Source: Octopus vulgaris
Taxonomy: Eukaryota
Assembly: GCA_951406725.2 (NCBI GenBank)
Contig: OX597828.1
Location: 73,842,001-73,906,000 of the forward strand
Length of the DNA: 64,000 nt
Reading direction: 5' to 3'
A program made the translations under genes and the position numbers. The notes below the pieces were generated by a model. That model had not been told where the DNA came from, searched no databases, and saw only the letters and a program-made list of their open reading frames with translations. Positions 10,978-25,035 of this stretch are shown one piece after another (position 1 is the first letter of the stretch; each line of letters starts with the position of its first letter).

Positions 10978-12244
10978 AATGATTCTTTATTAGCCACACA
11001 GGGCTGCACACAGACGGGACAGATTACAAAGTAGAGCTTTTCTTTTTGGGGGAGAAAAAAAAATAAAAAGGTGAGGTAGGTTTTCGATCAAAAGGGATCG
11101 TAAAAGGGAAAGAAGAAAGAAAAACAAAGGAAAAGAAACAAAAGAAGAAAAAAAAGATCAATAGGTATCGTGTATCACAATGTCATGATGTACGATGTAA
11201 AGGTGGAAGCAGATAAGGTTTATCCGTGGGAAGAAAAGCCTACGGAAAAGACCACGGTAACCTCGGTCAATATTGTTACATGTTACCACATTTGTTTGCA
11301 AGTAGGTAACCCTCTGTTTTAAATTTCCGGGTTCATAAGATTATGCTCAAGGTGGCTTCGTCATTCACACGTGCCATCCTTGCTACATTCACCCAACTTT
11401 TTTTAAAACATTCGCTAGACAAAACTTGCCTCTCTACTCTCACTTTCCTTTTCAAGTGATACTTGAAGAAGTTGATGAGAGATTGACCAGAGAGGAAAGT
11501 GTTTGTCTCTACACCTTTCAGACGCGTCCACCAGATACATTCTTTCGCCATAGCCACAAGGATGATGAAAATAGCTCTTCCTTCCCGTTTGAAGGGAGGA
11601 GGCGTGACAATATTGACGATAGACTCGGCTGATAAACCGACTCGTTCCACACGGAACAGCAGTCGTTCGACATAAGCCCACAGGTCGGAAATGGTTGGAC
11701 ACTGCACAAGTGCGTGCAGAACGGTTTCGTCGCTCTGACCGCATTTCGGGCAGGTCGGCCCCGTGTTTCTCGAGCCATGTCTGTAGAGCTTATCGCAAAC
11801 GGGTAGCACTTCTCGGTAGCACTGCCAGGCCAGGGATCTCTGGAGGTTGTCCATGGGCCCTGGCCCGAAAGTCGTCCTGAACAGGCGGGTCAGGTATTCC
11901 TCGTCGACGTCCAGGTTCGCCCCGAGCTCGTCGTCGTACCTCCCCTCCACTAATCCCCTATAGAGTGCTTTGGTTGTGTTGAGGTCGCTCAAGTTCGACC
12001 CGGGACGGCATGGGTGCTTGAGAGCAGCGCGACACTCGCGGTGCCATTCGCCCTTTCTCGGCCTCTTTTTTGATCCACGACTGCAGTTCGGTCATGGAGA
12101 CGAGTTGCAGGAAAGCGTGCCTCACAAACGGCGACCACACCTGTTCACACCTGTTCACCGTCCTCTACGTAGAGCCTGATATGTCGCAGTCTCAGCGACA
12201 TCTCAGGCTCTACGTAGACGACGGTGAACAGGTGTGGTCGCCGT

Positions 12245-12245
<1 letters not shown>
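10978..12245 (-). mobile_element. 5'-truncated Tx1/L1-type LINE inserted in (GATA)n
   Basis: ORF2 C-terminus, 3' UTR ending AATAAAGAATCATT, (GATA)n on both flanks, and a fold-back at the 5' end. Confidence 0.85.
11333..11992 (-). CDS. LINE ORF2 C-terminal region with zf-RVT-type CCHC zinc knuckle (fragment)
   Basis: AW...EVLPV.DKL...CPKCGQSDETVLHALVQCP...LW...AKECIWWTR. Upstream coding continues with frameshifts to ~12188. Confidence 0.85.
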   Translation of the reverse strand: MSDLNTTKALYRGLVEGRYDDELGANLDVDEEYLTRLFRTTFGPGPMDNLQRSLAWQCYREVLPVCDKLYRHGSRNTGPTCPKCGQSDETVLHALVQCPTISDLWAYVERLLFRVERVGLSAESIVNIVTPPPFKREGRAIFIILVAMAKECIWWTRLKGVETNTFLSGQSLINFFKYHLKRKVRVERQVLSSECFKKSWVNVARMARVNDEATLSIIL

Positions 12246-12334
<89 letters not shown>

Positions 12335-12748
12335 TAGGCAGAGGCGGGGTGGTGTGGTAGATAGTTTGCTTCCGAATCCATGTGGTTTCGGGATAGGTGC
12401 TATTGCATAACAGCTTGGCCAAGTGTCTCCTACTGGAGACCAGGAGCCAACCAGAGCCTTGTCGCTTTATTTGTTAGACGCAAACTTGAACAAACCGCCA
12501 GTGTATACATGTGTGCGTGTACGCGTATGTGTTCGCATGTATGCATTGATGTGTTTGTACATATATGCATGTGTACATGTGTGCGTGTGTATTTGTGTCC
12601 ATTAATTTATTTGGGTTAAAAAGGATGAGAGAGAGCATATATTTTTGTCATCAAGTGTGCTAAAACGTACATACACACATGTAAATAGATACAGATATAT
12701 ACATATATGTATATTCATATACACGTCTATATATATACATATATATAA

Positions 12749-12793
<45 letters not shown>

Positions 12794-14050
12794 AATGTAT
12801 CTATATACATATAAAAGTATATATAATTTTACTTGTGTGCAAGTGTGTGTATATGCATAGTGTAAATGTCATGTAATGGTATATATACATGTATATGTCT
12901 ACATAGATGTACCTATAAATGTAAGTATGTGTGTATGTGTATTTTCTTGTGTGCATGTATGTATACACTCACATATATTTATGCATGTGTGTACCCATGT
13001 GTGCTTGTATGTACATACACACACATACACACATACACACGCATGCACACCTGAGAACTTTCATATGTTTTATATTTTTTGGGTTTTATATTTTTTTTTT
13101 GTTTTCGAAATCCTATCGCCTCTCTAATCAGTCTGTGCCTATCTCACAATTACCTTCTTCAACTTTTAATTGAAGGAAACCGCTTCGGGTTATATGAAGA
13201 AATATTCCACTATTTTACCGTTTTGTTTTTGCAGATATTTGATTAGATTTTGAGATTTAATTTCTTTGTTACTTTCAAACAAAATATATTAAAGATTTCA
13301 AGATTCTCAGCATTTATTCGAAGGATTTTAATTTATCTCGAGATTTGTAATCAAAAGTTGTGATTAGAATCGTATTTGTTCATTGTTTGAACAGCGAGTA
13401 ACTTGTTTGGAACAATAAGATAATTGTATAATGAAAGTAGATCTGTCTGTTAACGAGCCAACGTGAAAAGTTCTACAAAGATGCCTGTAAAGTAAGGCTT
13501 GGTAGCTTTATCAATGAGATGCGTTGGATATCGTAGTTCCAGGTACAAAAACAAGCAACCACCGTTACCAACATCAACTATTGCCAACATTAGCCTTTGT
13601 AGATGCTAATAATAGCAATCAAAACTAGTTAAAGTGATACTTCTCCCTGAAAAGATAAGGTACAAGTAGGACATTAGATCTTAAGATACTCTAAAAATCA
13701 ACCACAGCTACCAACAGCAACCACTGCCAAACTAGGATGGGCAGAGAAGCTTTTACTTGGACTGCCAATATACTAGAAATAGAAGTCAAAACACCTTAAA
13801 CTGATACTTCTACTCTCTGAAAAGATAAAGGACACCCAGGATGTTGTGGTTCAATGGCGGTCAAAGCACCTTAAGTAACATTTTTCACACTTTTGGTGTC
13901 TTAAAAGAACACTTTGGATAGTTTAGTTCTAGATAACTTCTACCAACAATAACTTCTATATATAGAAGTATATATAGATGCTTATATATATATATATAAG
14001 TATATATAGATATAATTATATATAGATACTTATTTATCTATGTATGTATA

Positions 14051-14439
14051 CTCTTTTACTCTTTTACTTGTTTCAGACATTTTAACTACGGCCATACTGG
14101 AGCCCCACATTTAGTCGAGCAAATCGAGTCCAGGACTTATTCTTTGTAAGCCTAGTACTTATTCTAATGGACTCTTTTACCGAACCGCTAAGTTACAGGG
14201 ACATAAACACACCACCATCGGTTGTCAAGCGATGTTGGGGGGACAAACATATACACACACATGCACATATATATATACATATATACGACGGGCTTCTTTC
14301 ATTTTCCGTCTACCAAATCCATTCACAAGGTTTAGGTCGGCCCGAGGGTATAGTAGAAGACACTTGCCGAATGTGCCACGCAGTGGGACTGAACCCGGAA
14401 CCATGTGGTTCGTAAGCAATCTACTAACCACACAGCCAC
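14051..14439 (-). mobile_element. tRNA-derived SINE, family A (CORE-like domain, internal TA/CA microsatellite)
   Basis: GTGGCTGTGTGG A-box, GGGTTCAGTCCC B-box, GGCAAGTGTCTT core-like motif, AGTAAAAG tail. Confidence 0.85.
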
Positions 14440-14467
14440 ATATATATACATACATACATACATACAT

Positions 14468-14505
<38 letters not shown>

Positions 14506-15654
14506 GTTATTTGTCGGTTAACATGGTTGCTATTCGTTTCGTGCCGAGAAGTTTTTGTGCATGAAATTAATGGTTAGCCTATACAATATTTACCATTCAA
14601 TACGGTGTTGAGCACTCTTTCCCACAGTTTGATTTTGGCATATGTATACATACATACACACATACATACATGCACTCACAACAAAATATATGTATATATA
14701 TGTATACACATATGTTTATCCACATGAATATGTGCATGTGAGTGAGTGTGTGTATGTGTGTGTCTGTGTGTAAACTCTTGCTTGCATGTGGTGTGTGTGA
14801 GTCTGTTAGTTGGTGAAGGAAATTATCATTTGGTATTTCGATCCTTTCACGTTATGTATCGTAATTCCCTTCCAAATATTTACCTTACACCCTCCTCCTG
14901 GCCCACTGAAATAAGCACCAGACCTAAACTAGTAGACGTGATAAAATAAAATAAACCATTTGGTGACGTTGCTCCAGCGTGGTCCCAAACCTGTGACTTT
15001 GACCAGTAAAAGAAGGGAGAAGAAATGCTGAAGAAAACCTGAAATTGAAACTTGCTTTGGCTCCATATTTATATATATATATATATATATATGTATATGT
15101 ATATATATATTTGTTCTTTGAGAGTTCTTCGCTTGAAGAGATATGGTATAAATTATGTCGCAAATGGAACATTGAAACACGAAACTAAATAATGAAACAT
15201 AAGACAAGATCGATATTTCTATAAATTTATCAATTATTAACATTATTGATTCTAGCATATAAAATAATTTGCGACAAAGAAAAGAAATGAAAAAAATACC
15301 GTTAGCTGGAGAATTGGAGATGAAGAGTAGCGATGGAGTACATTTGGAATATTGTAACATTAAGAACAACAACAAGAATAATGATGATGATGATGTTGAT
15401 GATGATGATGATGCTAGTGATGGTTTTTATGAGTGTGATGTTAAAAATAATAATAATATTAATTTCATTCGACCCTTCCTTTATCTAAATACCCACACAA
15501 CTTGTCGTCTGTCCTTGTGATATCCACCTCATTTATCCCCCTGTGGTTAATGAAAGAATTTGGTAACAGTTGAGCAATGAGATCGATGTAATCCACTAAA
15601 TCCTTCCTTCAAAATTTCAGGCCTTGTACTTATAGCACAAAGGATTTTGATAAT

Positions 15655-15691
15655 CTCGTCGTCGTCGTCGTCGTCGTCATCATCATCAGTC

Positions 15692-15753
<62 letters not shown>

Positions 15754-15773
15754 TATCATCATCATCATTATCA

Positions 15774-15850
<77 letters not shown>
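15655..15850. repeat. Compound trinucleotide microsatellite (TCG/ATC/ATT)
   Basis: Read directly from the sequence. Confidence 0.95.
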
Positions 15851-15852
<2 letters not shown>

Positions 15853-16211
15853 GGCGACGAAAGGTGGCAAGCTGGCAGAATCGTTAAAGTGTCGGTCAAA
15901 ATGCTTAGCAGAATTTTTTCTGATTCTTTACATTCTGCCGGGAGTGTAAGTGTGCATGTATTTGAGTATTTACAGGAGAGCATACGTACACGTGTGCATA
16001 CATCTATATGAGTATGCGTGCCTGTGTGTATGTCCTTGTTTTGCGCATGCGTTTATCATTGGTGTATGTCTATGTACGATCTTCACATGTACTCGCATAT
16101 AAATATATGAGCATGTATGCATATATTTATGTGTGTATGCATGAATGTATATATGTGTGTGGGCATATATATATGTATGTATGTATATATATATATTTAT
16201 ATATATATTCT

Positions 16212-16611
16212 CTCTTTTACCCTCTTTCACTTGTTTCAGTCATTTGACTGCGGCCATGCTGGAGCACCGCCTTTAATCGAGCAACTCGACCCCGGGACTT
16301 ATTCTTTTGTAAGCCCAGTACTTATTCTATCGATCTCTTTTGCCTAACCGCTAAGTAACGGGGACATAAACACACCAGCATCGGTTGTCAAGCAATGCTA
16401 GGGGGACAAACAGAGACACACGAACGCATACATATACATACATATATACGACGGGCTTCTTTCAGTTTCCGTCTACCAAATCCACTCACAAGGCTTTGGT
16501 CGGCCCGAGGCTATAGTAGAAGACACTTGCCCAAGGTGCCACGCAGTGGGACTGAACCCAAAACCATGTGGTTAGTAAACAAGCTACTTACCACACAGCC
16601 TCTCCTGCGAC
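16212..16611 (-). mobile_element. SINE family A, full length
   Basis: Colinear with 14051-14439. Confidence 0.88.
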
Positions 16612-16642
<31 letters not shown>

Positions 16643-17352
16643 GCGTGTGTGTGTATACATTTACATGTGTATATATATGTAAATATAGTATATATATGTA
16701 TGTATATATATATATATATAGTGTGTGTGTGTGTGTGAGTGTGTATGTGTGTGTGTGTATGTAGTTAGTCGCGAGCACACACACTATATGACTATATACA
16801 TAAGGATGACCAATTTGATAAAGACTAGAAATTATTGAATTCATTAGAATATAGAATTATTGTTTGTGCATATTCTCGCCATCCCCTCCTCCTCCTCCAC
16901 CTCTACGGTGTGTCATTTAGAAGAAAACACGGAAGAAAGAACAGCGAAAACGGAGACTCGAAAGTGCAAAGTGCAGAAAGCGAATACTTTCTGGGTTACC
17001 TATCAACGTTTCCACAACACATCCGCTTTTAATATCTACGACATATTTGAAATTAGAAACCCGAAGTTCTGATATGAAACCAGCGGGAATAATTTAATGA
17101 ACTTTGGTAATTTGATATCTTCCATAGCCAAAGGTTACCGGGGTCCCTTGTGTCAAGAAATACGGTCAGTTCACACTCGCAGAGATACCATAGTAATAGA
17201 GTTATGCATGCTAAGGTTCGGCCATGTTGTGTGTGTTTGTCGGAGGTTGTTGTTCACAGGTGAATGGAATCGGCGATGCGGTTTCGTTCAGTTGCTGTGC
17301 TGCATCTTCAGAGGCATTTTTATATTTTTACTTACGCTGTTCCATGGCATAA

Positions 17353-17393
<41 letters not shown>

Positions 17394-17446
17394 TGTGTGT
17401 GTACGCGCACAGATACACATACATGTAAAGCAAGCGTATATATATG

Positions 17447-17640
17447 AGTCAAAATTAATGAAGAAAAGGTTGCAAGAGGCAACGAAAATTTTAGAAAAAA
17501 AAGAAATAAGTGGAAATTTTACCGGTGAGTATGTTAAATTATAAGGCACCAAAGGAGAATGACTCTCCCCAGAAACAACAGAATATGCTTCAACACACGA
17601 ACTCACATAAAGAATCTTGCAAACCAAATCCGAAAACGAA
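17447..17640 (+). mobile_element. Solo 3' terminus related to the PLE at 46247-47977
   Basis: TTCAACACACGAACTCACATAAAGAATCTTGCA matches TTCAACACACGACTTCACATAAAAAATCTTGCA (~47927-47959). Followed by (TA)n. Confidence 0.65.
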
Positions 17641-17647
17641 ATATATG

Positions 17648-17718
<71 letters not shown>

Positions 17719-17878
17719 TTCGTTGTATGTATATATATGCATATATACATACTTATATGTACATACCTACATATATATGTATATATACATATACATGTAT
17801 GTATATATGCATTTATTTATATATTATTTATATTATCACATGATCGAACGCCACGCATCCTTTTCCAAGTAAGTTATA

Positions 17879-17934
<56 letters not shown>

Positions 17935-18219
17935 AATTTTATAATTGATCAATAATTATAATTGGGGGGTTTGAAATTTAGCACTCATCTTCCAACGATT
18001 AACAGGCATGGTGAAGCGAGTAAAGATGTTAACCCTAGGTAAGCAGTAAGATCTGCTGATGAGAAATAAGAGCAAAAGCTTAAAAGTTCGACTTCATATG
18101 ATAAGAATGGAGAATTATACATCTCATGCCTCATTTGCGACTATCAGCCGCGATGGCAAGTTAATTTCTTTGCGTGTCTCTCGACTTATATCTGCCTGTT
18201 ATGCTTTCATTGAGTTCTG

Positions 18220-18785
18220 TTCTACCTGTATTTCAAAGGGCCAGCCTTGTCATACTCTGTGTCAAGCTGAATCTCCCCGAGAACTAAGTTAAAGGTACAG
18301 GTGTCTGTGGAGTGATCAGCCACTTGCACGTTAATTTCACGAGTATTTTTCGACTCTTATTTTCACAAAACTGGTGCCTCGTCTAGCCTCAATTATAATT
18401 ATTAATTAATTATAAAATTTATAGATTTCCTCTTTTATTGGCTTTAATGCTTGCTGGCCGCTTATAACAGTGTTTAGGGCAGCGAAGTCGCGGTCGTAGG
18501 ATCGCGGTTTCGATTGTCAGATTTGTTTCGAGTTTATTTTGAGTGAAAACACCTAAAGCTCCACATTGCCCCGGCAGGAGGTGGTGGCGAACCCTGATGT
18601 ACTTTTTCACCACAACTGTCTCTCAGACTTTTTTCCTGATTCTGTTGTACCTGTATTTCAAAAGGGCCACCCTTGTCACAATCTGTTAACGGTACACGTG
18701 TCTGTGGACGTTAATTTCACGAGCAGACTGTTCCGTTGATCGGATCAAATGGAACACTCGTCGTCGTAACCGACGGAGCCGCACG
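18220..18785 (+). mobile_element. Two partial copies of tRNA-derived SINE family C
   Basis: TACCTGTATTTCAAAGGGCCA...GTGTCTGTGGA...CGTTAATTTCACGAG occurs at ~18222 and ~18648, shared with 34688-35000 and 49173-49370. Confidence 0.7.
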
Positions 18786-18791
18786 AAATAT

Positions 18792-18841
<50 letters not shown>

Positions 18842-18950
18842 GGACAAAGATTATTTAGTGAATGTTTGGATACGAAACTATAATAAAAATAAACAAGCTT
18901 TTGTGGATGTATAATTCTCCATTCTTATTTGCAGTCTCTAGTCTGTGTCT

Positions 18951-19002
<52 letters not shown>

Positions 19003-19269
19003 GTGTAAATGTACACATGTTTGTGTGTGTGTGTCTATTATTATAATTGCATTTAATTGCCAAGCAAGAAGCGGACTTGCTGTAGTTCAAACGGAAATAC
19101 ACTTCAACCAGTGCGTGGGTTTATTGACGAAACTGACCTCCACAAGTGCAAATATATTAGCTTTAACACAATTTTGCATTAAAATTACTACAAAATAAAT
19201 TAAGTGATCACAACCGTACAATCACACACACACACATTCAACCAGATATCTCAGTGTAAATAAGTGCGC

Positions 19270-19321
<52 letters not shown>

Positions 19322-19341
19322 GTGTGTGTATATATAAATAT

Positions 19342-19373
<32 letters not shown>

Positions 19374-19446
19374 ACACGTCTGTATGTATATACTTACATA
19401 TACATATATATATATATACATATATACACGTCTATATGTATATATC

Positions 19447-19479
<33 letters not shown>

Positions 19480-19779
19480 CACACACACACACACACACAT
19501 ATACATACGCATACACACGCACATGTGTGTACGCATGTATGTATGGACACACTATCACAAAGGGACGTGTGTGTGTGTGTGTTCTTTACTCTGCTTTTAT
19601 TTTTCTAGTCTTAGAGACCGGATTACTGCCATGCTGGAGCAATACGTTGACTGTTTTGGTTTATTTATTTATTTATTTATTATCTGCCGTCGGAGAATGT
19701 TTATGACTGCGAGTTGATTAACTTGTTTCATTTTGTAATGGCTGACCTTGCCCGTTGTAATGGCTGCCGTTAGGCGTTT

Positions 19780-20480
19780 GCCTAACTGATGCGCATAACC
19801 ACACACGAACTCCTATCTACACATACATGTATATATCTATATATATATATATGTGTGTGTGTTTGTGGGGGGGGGATGCGTGTGTGTGAGAGGAGTGTAT
19901 GTATGTGTGTGTGAGTGATAATATGGGTGTCTGTATGAGAATGAGATCGTATGTGTGTGCTTATGTGCATTTGTTTATGAGGGAGTGAAAGTGTATGTGT
20001 GTGTGCGTGATTATGTGGGTGTGTGCATGAAAGAGAGAGTGTGTGTATGTAGGTGAGTGTATGAGAGTGAGATCGTATGTGTGTGTGTGCGTGCGTGTGT
20101 GTTTATGTGGCTGTGTATGAGAGAAAGTATATGTGTGCGTGTGTGTGTGATTATGTGTATGGGAGCAGACAGAGGGAGTTATGTGTGTGTGTGTATGAGA
20201 GTGAGATCGTATGTGTCTTTGCGTGCGTGTGTGTGTTTATGTGAGTGTGTATGAGAGAGAGATTGTATTGTGTGCGTATGTCTGTGTGTGTGTGTGTATT
20301 TTGGGGTGGGATGTATGAAATTGAGAGTGAATGCATGTATGTGTGTGTATGTGGGTGTGTGTATGAGTGAGATCGTATGTGTGATTGCATATGTGTGTAT
20401 GAGATGGATTATATGTCTATGTACGTGTGTGTGTGTGTGTATGCGGGTGTCTGTATGAGAGAGAGAGAGAGAGAGTGCAT
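19780..20480. repeat. Degenerate TG-rich minisatellite
   Basis: GTATGAG(AG)TGAGATCGTATGTGT recurs at about 19933, 20058, 20193 and 20361. Confidence 0.6.
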
Positions 20481-21124
20481 GTGTGTGCGTATGTGCGAGT
20501 GTACAGCCCTACTATGGGACAACTTTGGCAAGTGTGTTACATTGTAGCCCCACCCCCGGCCGACAATGTAGACAGATATGTATGTGTGTGTATGTATGTA
20601 TGTATGTATGTATGTATGTATGTATGTATGTATGTATGTGTGTGTGTATGTGTGTATGTATGTATGTGTATATGTATGTATGTGTGTGTGTGTGTATGTG
20701 TGTATGTATGTATATATGTGTTTGTATGTCTCTTCTATTTTTTTAATTATTATAACTATTCCACTGAGGAGGGAACCGGTTTCCAACAAAGATACAAGGC
20801 TCCATCTTTTGGGATGTAGTCAACACAGGCAAATTCACATTTGGAACTTGAGAAAAGTCTTACATATTTTTACTGTTCCACTCACAGATCGCACGTATGT
20901 ATGTGTGCATGTATGCATGTATGTGTGCATGTATGTATTTGTGTATGTATGTATCTGTCTATCTATCTATGTATCTATGTATGTACACATGTATGCATTT
21001 ATGTATGTATGCATGTATATATGTTTTATGCATGCTTGTATGTATGTATATATGTATGTATGCATGTATGTATGTATGTATGTATGCATGTATGTATGTA
21101 TACGTGTCACGTGTGTCCATGACT

Positions 21125-21310
21125 AACGCTTGGCAACTAGTGCCGCTTTGCTTATACCCAGTGGCGTAGCGGTTCGGCTAACGAAACCGATAGAATAAGT
21201 ACAGAGCTTAAAACCTAAGTACCGTGGTCGATTAAATTGACTAAACAATTCAAGGCGATGCCCCAGCATGGCCTTTGGCCAATCACTGAAATTAGTAAAA
21301 AGTTAAAACT
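21125..21310 (+). mobile_element. SINE family A 3' portion (diverged)
   Basis: TAGCGGTTCGGC...CCGATAGAATAAGTAC...CCCCAGCATGGCC. Confidence 0.65.
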
Positions 21311-23842
21311 TAAAGAGTATATAATTTACTGACCATTTTGCTGCTGTTTCTAGCAGTTCCGTTGCCTTCCTAAAGACCCCTTCGTTGTCTTACGGACATT
21401 TTCGTAATCCTTATACAAGGGCAACGTAATAATATATCTTTCCGTTGAGCGCAGCGTATTAAACACCGAAACGGGTTTTTTGTAGAGATTTACGACTCGA
21501 TATTGCAGGTGTTTACGACTTGGTTCCAACTCTGTATTAGAGACACAATGTCATAGAGCGAAATCGTAAATACGATGAAAGAATCCGCTGCTTACTAATA
21601 TATATTGTTGTAAAATCAATAGAACATCAGAGAAAACAAGTCTATAAGCTATGTTGTTGGTTTTCTTTTTTTTTTTTTAAGGCAATGATATGACTCTATA
21701 TTGATGTATCTTTGCGCTTTAACACAGTTCTCAGCGAAGCACGCACAACAAAGCAACTTCGCATCAACATTTATGTTGCTAATATCCTTTGAAAGGAAAA
21801 GAAAACAAACAAAAACATCTCGGATATGTCTCAACATCACATTAACTCTCTTCAAATGGGTCTTCGGATCGAGTCAAAATGGACGGATTTTATTACAACA
21901 CGAAATTCTGCGGCAGAAAATGGACAAATAACGAACAAAATACATAACAATATTTATATACGTTCATTTAAGTTCCGTGTTCAAACCCAATGTGGGCAAC
22001 TTTGCATTTAAATTTTTCCGGGGTTTTTACATTCTTCCTCATATACATATAAGGCCTGAAATTTGGAGAGAGCGTTAGTCGATTACACGACCCCAACCCC
22101 CAACCACACCCCAATACTTAACTCGTATTTATTTCATCGACTTCGAGAGGATGAACTGCAAAGTCAACTCCGGTGGTATTTCTGAGTTCAAATACCCTCA
22201 GTGTCGACTTAGCCTTTCACCTATTTGGGGCCGACAAAATATGTATCAGTTAAGCACTGGGGTCAATACATTTGACCTACTCTGCCCCGAAATAGCTGGT
22301 CTTGCGCCAAACTTTGAAATCAATATTTAGCTCTCTCTTTTTATGTCCTGCGTTCAAATTCTATCAAAGTTACCCAGCTTTGCTTTTCGTTCTTCCGGAA
22401 TCAATAAAATTAAAATTGAATTGAATTAAGAGGAAAAGAAAGTATTAAGTAACTACATCGTTCGATATAATCAATTACATCCCCCCCTCACTACCATATT
22501 AAAATGTGTTGCTCTGCGTCAATGTTAGAAATTAATATTTAAATTACGTTTTGAGTTCAAATCCGGACCGAGAGGGAATTTGTTTTGTTTTTTTTTCTTC
22601 TTTCTTTCTGGGGTCTCTTAAATCGATTGTATTCCACTCGCCCCACTTCCTGGACATGTTTCGGTTTGTGGATATAAAAGAAATCAACGTTTATAGACAG
22701 GTTCTGAATTCAAATTCCGGGAGAAACCAGTTTGTCTTTTTTCTTCATCTTCTCAAGTTTATGACTGATGAAACATCTATCCAATCACACTCTTTCTCTG
22801 TCCCCTGCTCCCTCAATCACTCACACGCCCGCGCGAGCAACAGGGCTGATCCACAAATGCGCGGTCGAGTACCAATGAGAGAAAACAGTTTTCGATAAAT
22901 TCAGAGGAAAAAAAAAAAAGCAAGAAAGGATGAAGATTAGAAATAAAAAAGAAGAAAAACAGGCAAATAATCGAAAGAAAGAATGGGAAAAAAAAAAGAG
23001 AATAAAGGAAGGAAGGAAGGAAGGAAGGATGGAAGGAAGGGTAGGACAAGACAGCTAGAATCAATTAATGGTTTCCTATGGTATTGGCGATTCTTTCATC
23101 CTTGAAAATGGTGTTTGCTGCGTGCAACATAGAACAGACATAGCAAATATTAGCTTAAATTATCATATTTCCGAACTACAGAAATAATAATGAAAAAAAC
23201 AATAACAACAACAACGACAACAACAACACACGACAATGTATGATAATAAATAGCAACAAGAGCATATAAATTGTGAATTACAATGCGAACAACAACAACA
23301 ACAACATGAGACGAGGAGCAAAACCAAAAATAAAAAAAGTAAAGATAAGGATGTAAAAAATACAGGTAAAAACGTAACGGAAACGAAAGCATGAAAGAAA
23401 ATATTTCAAATGAAAGAAAATATTAAATTTTTTTTTTCTATAATAAAAAACAAAATGGCCGAAAACGTGAAACAATAAATTTTAAAATTATGTTGTCTTT
23501 GCACTTAAGGTTTTTTATTGTTTTTTACTTTAGAAAACTAATTATGTGTTTTTAGGGTTGTTTTTTGTGTTATAGTTTCTATCTTTTTTTTTTTTTTTTT
23601 CATTTTTATTTTGAATTCTAGTCCCCGTTTGTATGTCGGCTCTACAGATGGTTATTCTAGGACGGCATGACTTTTTAATTATTTTAAAATTATTAATTAT
23701 CTGTTTACCTTCATTGTTTATTAACAATGTTTGGAGTCTCATCGGTGGAATGATTCCGAAACAAGTGAACTCTTAAGAAAGTTCAAGTATTCAAGGAGCT
23801 GCTGTAGCCGTTAGTGTTGCAAGTCTAGTAGTGTTGCAAGTC

Positions 23843-23844
<2 letters not shown>

Positions 23845-23897
<53 letters not shown>

Positions 23898-24116
23898 GGT
23901 GGTGGTGGTGGTGGTGGTTGTGGTGGGGGTGGGGGTAGCAACAGCAGCAACAGTAGTAGTTGTAGTAGTAACAGCAGCAGCAATAGTAGTAGTAGTAGCA
24001 GCATTAGGAGTAGTAGCAATAGTAGTAGTAGTAGTAGTAGCAGCAGCATCAGTAGCAGCAGTAGCAGCAGTAGTATTAGTAGTGTTAGTAGTAGCAGTAG
24101 TAGCAGTAGTAGTAGC

Positions 24117-24160
<44 letters not shown>

Positions 24161-24187
24161 CAGCAGCAGTAACAGTATTATTATTAT

Positions 24188-24229
<42 letters not shown>

Positions 24230-24268
24230 CAGCAACAGCAGTAGTAGTAGTAGTAGTGGCAGCATTAT

Positions 24269-24303
<35 letters not shown>

Positions 24304-24304
24304 T

Positions 24305-24374
<70 letters not shown>

Positions 24375-24380
24375 GGTAGT
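23845..24380. repeat. (TAG/CAG/TGG)n microsatellite
   Basis: Read directly from the sequence. Confidence 0.95.
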
Positions 24381-24491
24381 GATTTTAGTCCATGGTAAGC
24401 GTTGATACTAAGCAGAGAAGTATGATCAATGGCGTTCCAAATTTTAAAGTTCATGACCATCCCGTCTATGCGTTAGGCATTCAAGTTCCCT

Positions 24492-25035
24492 AGACGTGGC
24501 TGTGTGGCAAGAGGCTTGCTTCCCAACTATACAGTCTTGGGTTCAGCCCCACTGAGCGGCAACTTAACATCGGTTGCAAGCGATGGTGGGCGGACAAGTT
24601 TGCTTCCCAACCACATGGTTCTAGGTTCCGTTCCATGGCACAGCACTTGGGGCCAGTGTCTTCGACTATAGTCCCGGGCTAGCCAAAGCCTTGTGAGTGT
24701 TTTTTTACGGAAACTGAAAGAATCCCGTCGTATAAATATATATGTGTATATATGTGTGTGAGAGAGAATGCTTTTGCTTATGTGTATGTTTGTATGTCTG
24801 TGTGTGTGTATGTCTGTTTTTATGTGCTTGCCCCCTACTACCTCTTGACAACCGGTGTTGGTTTGTTTATGTCCACGTAAATTAGCTGCTGCGCAAAAGA
24901 GAGCGATAGAATAAGCACCAGGCTTAGAAAATACCTTCTGTGGTCGATTTGTTTGACTGAAACCCTTCAAGGTGCTGCCCCAACATGGCTGCAGTCCAAT
25001 GACTGTAACCAGCGAAAGATAAAGGATGAAAGATA
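24492..25035 (+). mobile_element. SINE family A with a duplicated, rearranged head
   Basis: TTGCTTCCCAAC...GGTTC occurs twice (~24515, ~24600), separated by an inverted body fragment, then a normal body and tail. Confidence 0.75.

Noticed and set aside
18054-18095. CTGATGA followed by a hairpin near a TA tract
   Set aside because: No GAAA in register and only a 2-bp stem I, so it cannot be called a hammerhead.
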